Positions 20,026 to 29,919 of a DNA stretch of 64,000 nt are shown here, in pieces. Source of the stretch: Hyphomicrobiales bacterium. Its GTDB lineage: Bacteria > Pseudomonadota > Alphaproteobacteria > Rhizobiales > Rhizobiaceae. Where the stretch lies: the NCBI GenBank assembly GCA_002401155.1, contig NVSG01000001.1, positions 905,052 to 969,051 on the forward strand, given 5' to 3'. The stretch's first letter is position 1; the number at the start of each line of letters is the position of its first letter. The translations under genes and the position numbers were made by a program. The notes beneath the pieces were generated by a model that saw nothing but the letters and a program-made list of their open reading frames with translations, was not told where the DNA came from and made no database searches.

Positions 20026-22080
20026 TTACGCTTCTGCCGCCCGGCCCTTGAGAGCGATAATGCCTCGAGGTCGGAACTGAATAAAAATGATAATAAAGAT
20101 GATCATGTAAGTCTGCGCCGCAAGCGTATTGCTCGGGTTGAAGAACTCGATATTCTTCTGCAAGAAGCCGATCAGAGTAGCGCCCGCAAGCGTACCCCAA
20201 ATATTACCCACACCGCCCACAACCACGGTCATAAAGCTCTGCACGATATAGTCAGAACCAAGCTCGGAAGTCACCTTGGCGAATAAACCGATGGCCACAC
20301 CGGCAATCCCGGCAATGCCACTACCAAGCCCGAAGGTCAGCATATAAACCCGGTCAATATTAATGCCCATGGAAGCAGCCATGCGTGGGTTTTGCGTTAC
20401 CGCACGGGTCTCAAGACCAAGCCGTGTCTTGTTCAAAATAAACAGTAGAAGAACGAAAAACAAAATGCCGAGAACAAAGATCGCAACCCGTATCCAGCTG
20501 ATCGAAACCACTTCATTAATAACCAATGCCCCATCAAGCCAGTCGGGCGCGGTAAGCGGACGCGCTTGCGTCCCGAAAATATTCTTCGCCAATTGTTGCA
20601 GACAAATTGAAATCCCGAAGGTCGCCAAAAGAGTCTCCAGCGGGCGATTATAAAGATGGCGAATAACCAACCTCTCCATCACCACACCAGCAGCGAAGGT
20701 TACTGCAAAAGCTGCAGGCACCGCAACGATGATCGAAAGCGTATAATTGGGGATAAATTGCTGCACCACATAGCCCGTATAGGCCCCCATCATAATGAAT
20801 TCGCCATGGGCCATATTGATCACCCGCATCACACCGAAGGTGATTGCCAAGCCAATTGCCGCAAGGAAATAGATCGAAGCCAAGCTCATCGCATCAAGGA
20901 ACAAATCAAAGAATGTATTGATGGAAACTTTTGAATTGATCGACGCCAGCGTCGTACGCGCAGCCCGCACCACATCCATATTTTTCTGGTCATAAACCCC
21001 GTAAAAAAACGCTTCTTCAATCACCGCATGCTGCTCTTCAACACTGATAGTTTCCGCAGCAAGGTCTTCTCTTACAAGAGCGCGATAAGCGGTCGCCCGC
21101 GCTTTATCTGTATTGAGATCAGCAATTGCAACACCGCCAACCTGACCGTTTTTGATATTAGAAATCAGAGCGGTTTTTTGATCTTCAATCGAGACATCCG
21201 CTGGCGCCAGCTTCGCCTTGACCAGCAAAATGTATGCATCCGCCATGCTCAATTCCGGTGGGCTGCCGCCCAGCCATTCATAATAAAGCGCTTCGCTTGC
21301 CGTGCCACCATCATTCTTGATTGTCACGCCGGGGAAAATATCTCGCGCCAAGTTCGCCATATCCGGCGCTTCCATCGCCACCTTCACTTTGGACGAAAGC
21401 AGTGGATTAAGTGCGGCACGCACATCAATCCCCATATCATCGGCAAAACTTTCAATCGCCACCACACGCTTGGCGGTATCGGTCTCGAACCTTGCAATGA
21501 GAATACGTTCCATCCGGCTCATTCTGGTTTTCAACCCGGCATCTTTTTCCTTGGAAAGCGCCGTACGAATGATCGGAAGATATGCAGCTTTGGGATCACG
21601 ACCGAGACTATCCAACGCGCTGATACGCACTGCTTTGTCGCTATCGGTCAGGCGAAAAAACACCAGCGCTCCGTCAATCAGTCCCCGGACACCACTATTG
21701 GGCTTAATCTGTTTGATCTCTTTTTTGGTCGCACTGCCGATCGATTGTCCGGTCGCAATATCCAGCAGGCTGTAAGTTTTCTTGTCATTAGTTTCGACAA
21801 AAATCAGCAAATCATCTGATTTTCGGAACCATAATTCCTTGGCCCGCCATTTCTCCAGCACGTTTTGCGCCTGAGGAAGCCCGCTCTCGCGTATCGCTTC
21901 AATCACCGGTCCAATCGACTTGGCTGAACTTCTTTTCAGTTTTTTGGAATGGCTTTGCAGCAAGGTTTGAATGGGGCTCGCGCCATCCTGCGCAAAGGCC
22001 GCCCCTGTTATAGAACCAATTAATGCCCCCAGCAAAAGCACAATCAAAAATAGGTTTTTCACGTACAGACCCATAACCAA
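20026..22080 (-). CDS. urtB: urea ABC transporter permease UrtB with a ~385-aa N-terminal periplasmic extension
   Basis: The C-terminal ~300 aa form a LivH-type permease (ASIYFLAAIGLAITFGVMRVINMAHGEF...). The N-terminus has a signal peptide (AAFA-QD) followed by a soluble ~350-aa domain. Confidence 0.85.
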   Translation of the reverse strand: MVMGLYVKNLFLIVLLLGALIGSITGAAFAQDGASPIQTLLQSHSKKLKRSSAKSIGPVIEAIRESGLPQAQNVLEKWRAKELWFRKSDDLLIFVETNDKKTYSLLDIATGQSIGSATKKEIKQIKPNSGVRGLIDGALVFFRLTDSDKAVRISALDSLGRDPKAAYLPIIRTALSKEKDAGLKTRMSRMERILIARFETDTAKRVVAIESFADDMGIDVRAALNPLLSSKVKVAMEAPDMANLARDIFPGVTIKNDGGTASEALYYEWLGGSPPELSMADAYILLVKAKLAPADVSIEDQKTALISNIKNGQVGGVAIADLNTDKARATAYRALVREDLAAETISVEEQHAVIEEAFFYGVYDQKNMDVVRAARTTLASINSKVSINTFFDLFLDAMSLASIYFLAAIGLAITFGVMRVINMAHGEFIMMGAYTGYVVQQFIPNYTLSIIVAVPAAFAVTFAAGVVMERLVIRHLYNRPLETLLATFGISICLQQLAKNIFGTQARPLTAPDWLDGALVINEVVSISWIRVAIFVLGILFFVLLLFILNKTRLGLETRAVTQNPRMAASMGINIDRVYMLTFGLGSGIAGIAGVAIGLFAKVTSELGSDYIVQSFMTVVVGGVGNIWGTLAGATLIGFLQKNIEFFNPSNTLAAQTYMIIFIIIFIQFRPRGIIALKGRAAEA

Positions 22081-22132
22081 ACAAGAGGAGGCCGAAGCCT
22101 CCTCTAATCCTCTTAAAAGATTTTATCCGAAC

Positions 22133-23398
22133 TTAGTAGTTGGATTTGATCTGAACACAAGTGTTGGTTTTGGTATTATACATGCCACAACCCTTGTTTT
22201 TCCAATCAGACATCAAAACAGCAGATTCTGGCAGGAAGTCAGTCCATGCATCGCCCGGAACTTCTTTAGTCTGGGAGGTGATGTCGAACTGGCCATCAGC
22301 CTGAATTTCACCGATAAGAACTGGTTTTGACAAGTGATGGTTCACCAGCATTTCAGCTGTACCACCGGTAAGGTTCGGGAATTTCTGGCCGTACATTGCT
22401 GCACGAACTTTATCCACATCTGTAGAACCGGCCGCAGTCGCTGCATTCACCCACATGTTGAAGCCGATATAATGTGCTTCCATCGGATCATTGGTAACCC
22501 GTTTTTCGCCCATTTTAGCTTTCCATGCTTTGATGAATTCATCATTGGCATCAGACTCGGCAGACTGGAAATAGTTCCATGCAGCAAGGTGACCAACAAG
22601 GTTTGATGTATCAAGACCGGAGAGTTCTTCTTCACCAACAGAGAACGCAATAACCGGAATATCATCAGCAGAAATACCTGCAGCTGCAAGCTCTTTATAG
22701 AAGCCGATATTCGCATCACCATTGATTGTGGAGATTACACCAACTTTTTTGCCGTCAGCACCAAGGGCCACAACATCGGCAACAATTTTGGACCAATCGG
22801 AATGACCAAATGGCGTGTAGTTCACAAAAATATCTTCTTTAGCAATGCCCTTGTCGAGCAGATACTGGTTTAGAATTTTGTTGGTTGTACGCGGATAAAC
22901 ATAATCTGTACCAAGCAGCGCAAATTTCTTCACACCCAGCTCATCAAGCAAATAGTCGGTTGCCGGAATGGCCTGCTGGTTTGGTGCAGCACCAGTATAG
23001 AAAACGTTTTTGGAGGATTCTTCGCCTTCATACTGAACAGGGTAGAACAGCAAACCATTAAGTTCTTCAATCACCGGCAAAACAGATTTGCGCGATACAG
23101 ATGTCCAGTTACCAAAGATCACGTCCACTTTATGAACGGTCAAAAGCTCACGAGCTTTTTCAGCAAATAGCGGCCAATCGGATGCAGGATCAACCACAAC
23201 TGGAACCAGTTTTTCGCCCAACAAGCCACCTTTTGCATTCTGCTGTTCGATCAGCATAAGCATAGTGTCTTTGAGGGTGGTTTCCGAAATTGCCATTGTG
23301 CCGGAAAGTGAATGCAAAATTCCAACTTTAATATCAGCCATAGCCGCGGTTGATGCCGCTGCCAGAACAGTCGTTGCAAGCAATAATTTCTTAAACAT
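22133..23398 (-). CDS. urtA: urea ABC transporter substrate-binding protein UrtA
   Basis: MFKKLLLATTVLAAASTAAMA signal, then DIKVGILHSLSGTMAISE, a type I periplasmic binding fold. I place the start at ATG 23398; the ORF-track start is 23536. Confidence 0.9.
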   Translation of the reverse strand: MFKKLLLATTVLAAASTAAMADIKVGILHSLSGTMAISETTLKDTMLMLIEQQNAKGGLLGEKLVPVVVDPASDWPLFAEKARELLTVHKVDVIFGNWTSVSRKSVLPVIEELNGLLFYPVQYEGEESSKNVFYTGAAPNQQAIPATDYLLDELGVKKFALLGTDYVYPRTTNKILNQYLLDKGIAKEDIFVNYTPFGHSDWSKIVADVVALGADGKKVGVISTINGDANIGFYKELAAAGISADDIPVIAFSVGEEELSGLDTSNLVGHLAAWNYFQSAESDANDEFIKAWKAKMGEKRVTNDPMEAHYIGFNMWVNAATAAGSTDVDKVRAAMYGQKFPNLTGGTAEMLVNHHLSKPVLIGEIQADGQFDITSQTKEVPGDAWTDFLPESAVLMSDWKNKGCGMYNTKTNTCVQIKSNY

Positions 23399-23694
23399 GT
23401 ATAGACCTTTCTTATAATTCCGACGCCGCCGATTGGCGGTTTTGTCAGATACGCATGAGTGCTCCCAATTCATGGGTAAATAAATTAAGGCCCAATATTC
23501 CAGCCTTGAGCCTATACGTACCCATCCCACGCGCACCTGTCTGTCGTTAAAAAAGACCGCAACCGTTGCCTAAAACGCAACACAACACTTTTGCCCAACA
23601 TTAGACATGTTGTTGATATTGTTTTGAAGTCTGGCGAAAGCTTGCACTGCTAAACTGGCTTCCTTACATAGGGCGTATTCTATTGGAGAGTTTC

Positions 23695-25110
23695 ATGGCC
23701 GGTAATTTCTTTTCCCCTATCACGAATATCCGCAAGCAATATCTCGAGGCACGCGAGCGTGAACTTGAGGATGCGGAGAACAACCCGCATTTGCGCGCGG
23801 CACTGGAACAAAACAAGCGTGAGGGCCACAAATTAGCGGTTTATTCGCGTTGGGTTGCCCTCGCCATTCTCGGAATAATGTTCCCCTTCATCATCCCAAA
23901 CTGGAGCGCGACCCTTTATAATGAGGCAATCCTGATTTGCTTCGCTCTTTTGGGCTGGGCTCAATTGAAGGCTGGTAAAGTCGGGCAAAGCAAAATGGAA
24001 CTGTTTTTGTTGTTTTGCGATCTGGCACTGATGACATTGGCTTGCATCATTCCAAATCCGTTTTTCGACAATAACTGGCCAACCCCCATGCAATACAGAT
24101 TTGGCTACTTCATATATTTCTTCATGCTGCTGGCTGGCGCAACCCTTGCTTATTCATGGAGAACAATTTTCGCCGTTGGTACATGGACCACGGGATTGTG
24201 GGCTAGCGGCGTCGCAATTACCTATTATTTTGGCAGACATAATCTTGAATTGGCCACAGAGTTAAAGGAAGCCCTGCCCTCTTATCCCCTAATGGCAGCA
24301 TTCTTTGATCCAAATGAAATCTTGCTCGATTTAAGGGTGCAGGAAATTATTCTGTTCCTGATCGTTGCGGGAATTCTTGCGCTCAACGGCTGGCGCAACA
24401 ATCATCTTGTACTGCAACAGGCCAGAATTGCCCGCGAAAGAGGAAATCTCGCCCGCCATTTTCCGCCCAATATTGTAGACGAACTGGCGGGCCAAAACGA
24501 CCCCTTCGCCAATATCCGCTCACAGCCAGTAGCGGTATTATTTGCAGATATCGTAGGCTTCACCCGCATGGCAGAACAGGGTTCGCCAGAAAACGTGGTA
24601 GCCATGCTGCGCACATACCATCAAAAGCTCGAACACGCCGTATTCGATAATCACGGCACCCTCGACAAGTTTCTCGGCGATGGCATAATGGCAACTTTCG
24701 GCAGCCCAACGGTCGGCCCGAACGATGCAGCCAACGCCATCCAGTGCGCCCGCGATATGGTAACGGCAATCGATCAATGGAACATCGAGCGCAAAAACAA
24801 CGGCGAAGACCCGGTCATTTTATCCGTAGGCATTCACTACGGCGATGTCATCCTAGGCGACATAGGCTCCGAACGCCGCCTGGAATTCGCAACGCTGGGC
24901 GATACAGTAAACGTTGCCAGCAGACTAGAATCCCTAACCCGCAAACTCCACACCCAAGTGATTATCTCCAACGCAGTAGTAGAATCGCAGGAAGCAACCT
25001 CCCCCGACAAAGGCGCGACCCTCCTTCTAGGCTTCCAACCAGACGGCAAACAATCAGTAAGAGGTCGCGAGACCGGAATCGACATCTGGAAACTGGACCA
25101 CGCGGCATAG
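23695..25110 (+). CDS. membrane-anchored class III adenylate/guanylate cyclase
   Basis: About 6 TM helices, then VAVLFADIVGFTRMAE, KFLGDGIMATFG and GDTVNVASRLES. The ORF-track start is TTG 23683. Confidence 0.85.
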   Translation: MAGNFFSPITNIRKQYLEARERELEDAENNPHLRAALEQNKREGHKLAVYSRWVALAILGIMFPFIIPNWSATLYNEAILICFALLGWAQLKAGKVGQSKMELFLLFCDLALMTLACIIPNPFFDNNWPTPMQYRFGYFIYFFMLLAGATLAYSWRTIFAVGTWTTGLWASGVAITYYFGRHNLELATELKEALPSYPLMAAFFDPNEILLDLRVQEIILFLIVAGILALNGWRNNHLVLQQARIARERGNLARHFPPNIVDELAGQNDPFANIRSQPVAVLFADIVGFTRMAEQGSPENVVAMLRTYHQKLEHAVFDNHGTLDKFLGDGIMATFGSPTVGPNDAANAIQCARDMVTAIDQWNIERKNNGEDPVILSVGIHYGDVILGDIGSERRLEFATLGDTVNVASRLESLTRKLHTQVIISNAVVESQEATSPDKGATLLLGFQPDGKQSVRGRETGIDIWKLDHAA

Positions 25111-25139
25111 GAAAAAGCGGTTCTGCAAGGAGCCGGTCG

Positions 25140-26549
25140 TTACACCTTGAACCTGTTTCGCAGGCTCAAACCAATCAGAAAAATCAAAATAATTGATATA
25201 AGGCTTTGAGCGAATGCCAATAAAACTACCTCGACAGGCAGTTGTTCCAATCGGAACAAACATTTCGCTCCGTCAATGCGCGCTGTCCTACTTATCGGGA
25301 CAAATGAAAGCATCTGCCCTATAGAAAAAGTTATTGAAGCCCACATTTTTCCGGATGGTTCACACAATTGATCTTTCATGGTGTCAGACCAATATAAGTA
25401 TGCTCTCGAACAAGCAGCACATACAAAAACCATCCATAAAAAGGCGCGAATTTCACTGCGCCCGTAATTACTGCTAGCCTGAAAAACAAATTCAAAAAAA
25501 AGGCCTGCTATCGTGGTCTTGTGCCACCGTTTTGCCTGCATCTCCATAACGTTGAAATACAAAGCCTGCTCATGGTCTTTATTATTGCCAGCAATTTCCT
25601 TCAACCTGCGAAATCGTTCGATATCCCGAACATTAAGAGCTTTAGCTTTGCCTAACCATTCGCTCCCCAAAAAGGCTTTTGTTTTCCTCAAACTGCACTG
25701 CAAACCCGCTAGAGAAACTTGATTACTCATTTTTGTACTGGTCAAATCCACAACACATCCAAAAGGTTCATCCGACGAAATACTCAAGGAGTTTTGAAAA
25801 GTTGAGTGAGCAAACGTAAAATTTTTAACAGCGCTAACATTTTCTAAGTCTGAAAAATCAACTCTGCCCTCAAAGTCAACTGATTCAAAGTGGACAGCCC
25901 CGTCACCAAATGATGATTTCCAGAAATTGACATGCCCCTCACCAAACGAGACACCACAGAAATTGACCAATCCATCCCCAAATAATGTTCCACCGAAGCT
26001 AACTTCTCCTTTGCCAAACAACGTTCTGTTAAAGTCGACTTCACCCTTGCCAAACGATGCAAATTCAAAAATAACATCTCCATCTCCAAACGATGATCCA
26101 AAGAAGCTAACATCCCCGTCTCCAAATGACGTATCATGGAAACTAACCCCTCCATCGCCAAATGTTGTCGACGAAAAGTCAACTTGTCCATCGCCAAAGG
26201 ATGTCTCATAAAAACTGATGTACCCATTGCCAAACGATGATCCAAAGAAACTAACTTCTCCATCACCAAACGACACTCCGCTAAAGTGAACATCCCCTTT
26301 GCCAAACGACGTTCCAATGAAGCTAACAGCCCCCGTTGGAAATGCAAAACCGCTAAACGGCCATTCATCATTTTTTATGAATGGATGGTCTCTATATTCG
26401 GAAAAGTCCATGTCATAAAAATCAACATCTGCAACGGGGTTTTCTTTAACCCATGCATTCCATGAGTCTTTGCCCTTCAACCATAAATCAATGGCATCTT
26501 GCCCTTCCAAATCTATTTTTTTATCACTTTCCAACATTCTTCCAATCAC
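25140..26549 (-). CDS. repeat protein: WNAW N-terminal motif, ~13 tandem 12-residue SFGDGxVxFxxx repeats (pentapeptide-like), C-terminal TM domain
   Basis: Phe recurs with alternating 7 and 5 spacing (F82, 89, 94, 101, 106, 113...) from residue ~69 to ~232. The C-terminal third has 3-4 hydrophobic helices and ends LSLRNRFKV. Confidence 0.75.
   Translation of the reverse strand: MIGRMLESDKKIDLEGQDAIDLWLKGKDSWNAWVKENPVADVDFYDMDFSEYRDHPFIKNDEWPFSGFAFPTGAVSFIGTSFGKGDVHFSGVSFGDGEVSFFGSSFGNGYISFYETSFGDGQVDFSSTTFGDGGVSFHDTSFGDGDVSFFGSSFGDGDVIFEFASFGKGEVDFNRTLFGKGEVSFGGTLFGDGLVNFCGVSFGEGHVNFWKSSFGDGAVHFESVDFEGRVDFSDLENVSAVKNFTFAHSTFQNSLSISSDEPFGCVVDLTSTKMSNQVSLAGLQCSLRKTKAFLGSEWLGKAKALNVRDIERFRRLKEIAGNNKDHEQALYFNVMEMQAKRWHKTTIAGLFFEFVFQASSNYGRSEIRAFLWMVFVCAACSRAYLYWSDTMKDQLCEPSGKMWASITFSIGQMLSFVPISRTARIDGAKCLFRLEQLPVEVVLLAFAQSLISIILIFLIGLSLRNRFKV
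25854..26345 (-). repeat. in-frame 36-nt tandem coding repeat (~13 units) inside the repeat-protein gene
   Basis: The DNA periodicity mirrors the 12-aa protein repeat. Repetitive shadow ORFs appear in other frames (25844..26371, 25927..26211). Confidence 0.8.
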
Positions 26550-26729
26550 TCATTTTTATTTGAGAACATCATCTACAAACTAAACTATACAGTAAAACCC
26601 TCCCGCCGAAAATATTCCACTTCTCTCAATTCCAACATTTAAAAAGACCATGCGTCAAGCAGCACCATTGCAATGCAACTCATTTCTTGATTTGTATAAT
26701 CAAAATTCAATCAGACAACGGACACATCC

Positions 26730-27773
26730 ATGCGCGCAGCACTTCTTACTGACTGGCGGTCAGAGCTTAAAATCGAAACCGTCGACACTCCCGAATGCGC
26801 CGAAGATGGTGTGGTTTTAAAAGTGCTGGCTACCGGCATTTGCCGTTCGGACTGGCACGCATGGACAGGCTCCGATGGACCCCTGCCATTCCCCCATATT
26901 CTGGGCCACGAATATTGCGGCGTGGTGGAAGAAACAGGTTCGCGCATTACCAAATGGAAAAAAGGCGACCGCGTCATTGCCCCGTTCATTCTGGCTTGCG
27001 GCCATTGCCACGCATGCGCTGCTGGCAACCAAACCACATGCGACGATCAGGTCCTGCCGGGCTTCAACGCCCCCGGCGCATTCGCTGAATATGTGGCCGT
27101 CCCCCACGCCGAAACCAACCTAACCGCCCTGCCCGAGAGCATGGATGAAGCACTCGCCGCATCACTCGGTTGCCGCGCAACCACCGCATGGCACGGCCTC
27201 ACCGGACGCGCCGCATTACAGGGCGGCGAATGGCTGGCCGTATTCGGCGGCGGCGGCGTAGGCCTTGCAGCCCTCTTGCTTGGCAAGGCGTTGGGTGCGC
27301 GCGTAGTGGTGGTAGATGTGGTTCAGGACAAACTGGATTACGCCACAAAACACGGCGCCGATGCCGTGGTAGACGCAAGCAAGGTCGATCCGGTAGAAGC
27401 CATTCGCGAAATCACTGGAGGCGGCGCACATGTGTCCCTCGAAGCCCTCGGCATTCCGGTCACCACCATCAATTCAATCAAATCTCTGCGCAAGCTCGGG
27501 CGCCACATCCAGATTGGCATGCCCGCTGGCGAACACCTCAACATGAACATCCCGATGGATGCCGTCTATTCAGGCCAACTCGCACTATACGGCACCAGAG
27601 GCATGCCCGCATGGCGCTATCCAAGCCTGCTTGCGATGATTGAAAGCGGTTCTGTGGATTTATCACCAATGATCGCGAGGAAAGTACCCTTGTCAAAAGT
27701 CACCGAAGAACTGCAAGTCTTCGACAAGCCCGCCCCTCCCGGTGTCGCGGTGATTACTGATTTTCTAACGTGA
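26730..27773 (+). CDS. zinc-dependent alcohol dehydrogenase (MDR family)
   Basis: Motifs GICRSDWHAWTG, GHEYCGVVEETG, structural Zn motif CGHCHAC, Rossmann GGGGVGLAA. Confidence 0.85.
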   Translation: MRAALLTDWRSELKIETVDTPECAEDGVVLKVLATGICRSDWHAWTGSDGPLPFPHILGHEYCGVVEETGSRITKWKKGDRVIAPFILACGHCHACAAGNQTTCDDQVLPGFNAPGAFAEYVAVPHAETNLTALPESMDEALAASLGCRATTAWHGLTGRAALQGGEWLAVFGGGGVGLAALLLGKALGARVVVVDVVQDKLDYATKHGADAVVDASKVDPVEAIREITGGGAHVSLEALGIPVTTINSIKSLRKLGRHIQIGMPAGEHLNMNIPMDAVYSGQLALYGTRGMPAWRYPSLLAMIESGSVDLSPMIARKVPLSKVTEELQVFDKPAPPGVAVITDFLT

Positions 27774-28303
27774 GTTCAGACCTCTCCATCCAGCCTTTTC
27801 ACGCGAATTATACGGGCGATGTTATCTCTCTTTTCACGGAGATAAACAGCGCTCTGGCACCCGCAGGGAAAGAACAGGCATTTGAAAATTATATCCAAAT
27901 TTCACTGGATGAAGATATCGGGCGCATTGAAGAATATTACTCCGAAAAACAAGGTGGCTTCTGGATAGCCCTAAAAGACGAAAAACTCGTCGGCATGTGC
28001 GGGTTGGAAGCAGTTTCAAACACCAACATGGAATTGCGCCAGATGTATGTGGCCCCGTCCCATAGAAGGCAAGGCATAGCCCAAAACCTGCTCAGCCACG
28101 CGGAAGTTCAATGTGCAAAATTGGGCAAAACGGTTCTCGAACTCTCCACATCTGAAATACAAGAAGCTGCATTACAATTATATCCCAATGCCGGTTTCGT
28201 ACTGCAACGCGAAGAGGTCGCTACCGAAGCTTCCAACAAAACTATCGGTGGCGGTATTAATCGGTTCTACTTCGAAAAGCAGGTGGAAGAAGCCCAACAA
28301 TAG
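27770..28303 (+). CDS. GNAT family N-acetyltransferase
   Basis: Motif A RQMYVAPSHRRQGIAQNLL. The GTG start overlaps the adh stop (GTGA). Confidence 0.8.
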   Translation: MSSDLSIQPFHANYTGDVISLFTEINSALAPAGKEQAFENYIQISLDEDIGRIEEYYSEKQGGFWIALKDEKLVGMCGLEAVSNTNMELRQMYVAPSHRRQGIAQNLLSHAEVQCAKLGKTVLELSTSEIQEAALQLYPNAGFVLQREEVATEASNKTIGGGINRFYFEKQVEEAQQ

Positions 28304-29230
28304 CTAACCACCGGTGGTGGATTTACGCAACAATCGACCGTCCACTGCGATCAATCCAGTCAGGATCAGCGCCAGCCCAACATAGTGGCGGGTTTCCAGA
28401 ATTTCATTGAGGAAGATTGTACCAAGTAGAATGGCGCTAACGGGAACCAGCAACGTCACCAGCGCAACATTAACCGCGCCGACACTTGCCAAAAGCTGAA
28501 AATAAATCACATAGGCCAGCGCCGTCGAGATTAAAGCCAGCGCCACGATCGCAAGAACAACACCTGTTCCCGGCATCGCTAATTCCCAGGGCCGATCGAC
28601 GATCAGCATCACCGGGATCATCACCAATGTCGATGCCGTAAGCTGGCCAAAGGCCACGTAAGAATTGGAAACATCCATCGTACGAAACCGTCTGCCGAAG
28701 GTCGCCGCACAAGCATAGGAGAGAGCTGCACCTAAGCACGCAATCATACCAAAAATGGCAATATTTTCGCCCTCTATAACGCTGCCGCCCACAAGGGCCA
28801 TCACCCCAAACAGGCCCAGGAAAACCCCAATAATTTTATTGGCTGCCATTTTTTCATCCGCCAATGCGAAATGCGCAACGATGATTGAAAACATCGGCGT
28901 TGTGGCATTTAGGATTGAGGCCAAGCCGCTAGAGATGTTCGTTTGTGCCCAAAACAACAGGCTGAACGGAATGATATTATTCAGCATCCCCATCACCAAA
29001 AAGGCTAATAGAAGTGAACGCTCAAATTGCAGTTTCTCCCCCTTGATCTGCAAATAGAGTAATAGCGCAAGCGCTGCAATTCCTACTCTCAGGAAAACAA
29101 CAGTCAACGGCGGAACCACATGAACGGCCACAGCCACAAAAAAGAATGCGCCGCCCCATATGATCGACAAAAAAGTCAGCAACGCCCATTCGCGTGGTGT
29201 CATTTGCATGTGGTGATTTCCTTCTAACAA
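28304..29230 (-). CDS. DMT superfamily (EamA-like) transporter
   Basis: About 10 TM helices arranged as two EamA-type repeats. The start may be ATG 29209. Confidence 0.8.
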   Translation of the reverse strand: MLEGNHHMQMTPREWALLTFLSIIWGGAFFFVAVAVHVVPPLTVVFLRVGIAALALLLYLQIKGEKLQFERSLLLAFLVMGMLNNIIPFSLLFWAQTNISSGLASILNATTPMFSIIVAHFALADEKMAANKIIGVFLGLFGVMALVGGSVIEGENIAIFGMIACLGAALSYACAATFGRRFRTMDVSNSYVAFGQLTASTLVMIPVMLIVDRPWELAMPGTGVVLAIVALALISTALAYVIYFQLLASVGAVNVALVTLLVPVSAILLGTIFLNEILETRHYVGLALILTGLIAVDGRLLRKSTTGG

Positions 29231-29313
29231 GAACCCAAATTGTTATATTATTTGCCCTTGCCAAACTAGCCGGAATCGGACTTGATACTTCGAAATCACT
29301 CGACCCTGCGACG

Positions 29314-29919
29314 ATGCTTTCCTATGTTAATATCATGTTAGATTTCAAAACCTGCGAAAGTGCGAGGCACGCCCGCGACCCCAAATTCGACGGCCTGTTT
29401 TTCACCGCCGTCAAAACCACCGGCATTTACTGCCGCAATGTCTGTCCGGTGAAACAACCGCTGACAAAGAACGTCACCTATTACCAAAGCGCACCGGCAG
29501 CAGAACATGCAGGCTTTCGCCCGTGCTTACGCTGTCGCCCGGAAACCGCCCCTTTTTGCCCCGCATGGAAAGGCACAAAAACCACTGTAGAACGCGCCTT
29601 AAAGCTAATCGACGATGGCGCATTGGACAAAGGAAATGTGGAGCAATTATCTGACTGCGTCGGGGTTGGCGCTCGACATTTATCCCGTTTGTTCAAACAA
29701 CATATCGGCGCAAGCCCGACACAGGCCGCCAAAACTTTTCGCCTGCAACGGGCCAAGCGCATGCTGAACGATACCGAACTCACCATCACCGAAATAGCTT
29801 ACCGCGCAGGCTTTGGCAGCTTGCGCCGGTTCAATGCAGCCTTCAGTGAATTATACGACCGGCCGCCATCCAAAATTCGCAAAGCCCCGAAAGAGGACAT
29901 CCAAAATGAGCAATCCTGA
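29314..29919 (+). CDS. Ada-type regulator: Zn(Cys4) methylphosphotriester-acceptor domain + AraC HTH
   Basis: FFTAVKTTGIYCRNVCP...GFRPCLRCRPE, followed by LSRLFKQHIGASPTQAAKTFRLQRAKRML..ITEIAYRAGFGSLRRFNAAF. The start is uncertain (29314, 29335, or ORF-track 29194). Confidence 0.8.
   Translation: MLSYVNIMLDFKTCESARHARDPKFDGLFFTAVKTTGIYCRNVCPVKQPLTKNVTYYQSAPAAEHAGFRPCLRCRPETAPFCPAWKGTKTTVERALKLIDDGALDKGNVEQLSDCVGVGARHLSRLFKQHIGASPTQAAKTFRLQRAKRMLNDTELTITEIAYRAGFGSLRRFNAAFSELYDRPPSKIRKAPKEDIQNEQS

Noticed and set aside
23399-23682. Search for a sigma-54 (-24 GG / -12 GC) promoter or NtrC/NtcA sites upstream of urtA.
   Set aside because: The only GG...TTGC candidate (AGGCAACGGTTGC on the minus strand) has spacing two nt too short. 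There is no TGCACC-N5-GGTGCA or GTA-N8-TAC palindrome. No call is made.
25854-26345. Regular 36-nt periodicity that at first glance resembles a CRISPR array or a satellite repeat.
   Set aside because: The repeats are contiguous with no unique spacers. They are in frame and encode the 12-residue SFGDGxVxF units of a single long ORF. No cas genes are nearby.
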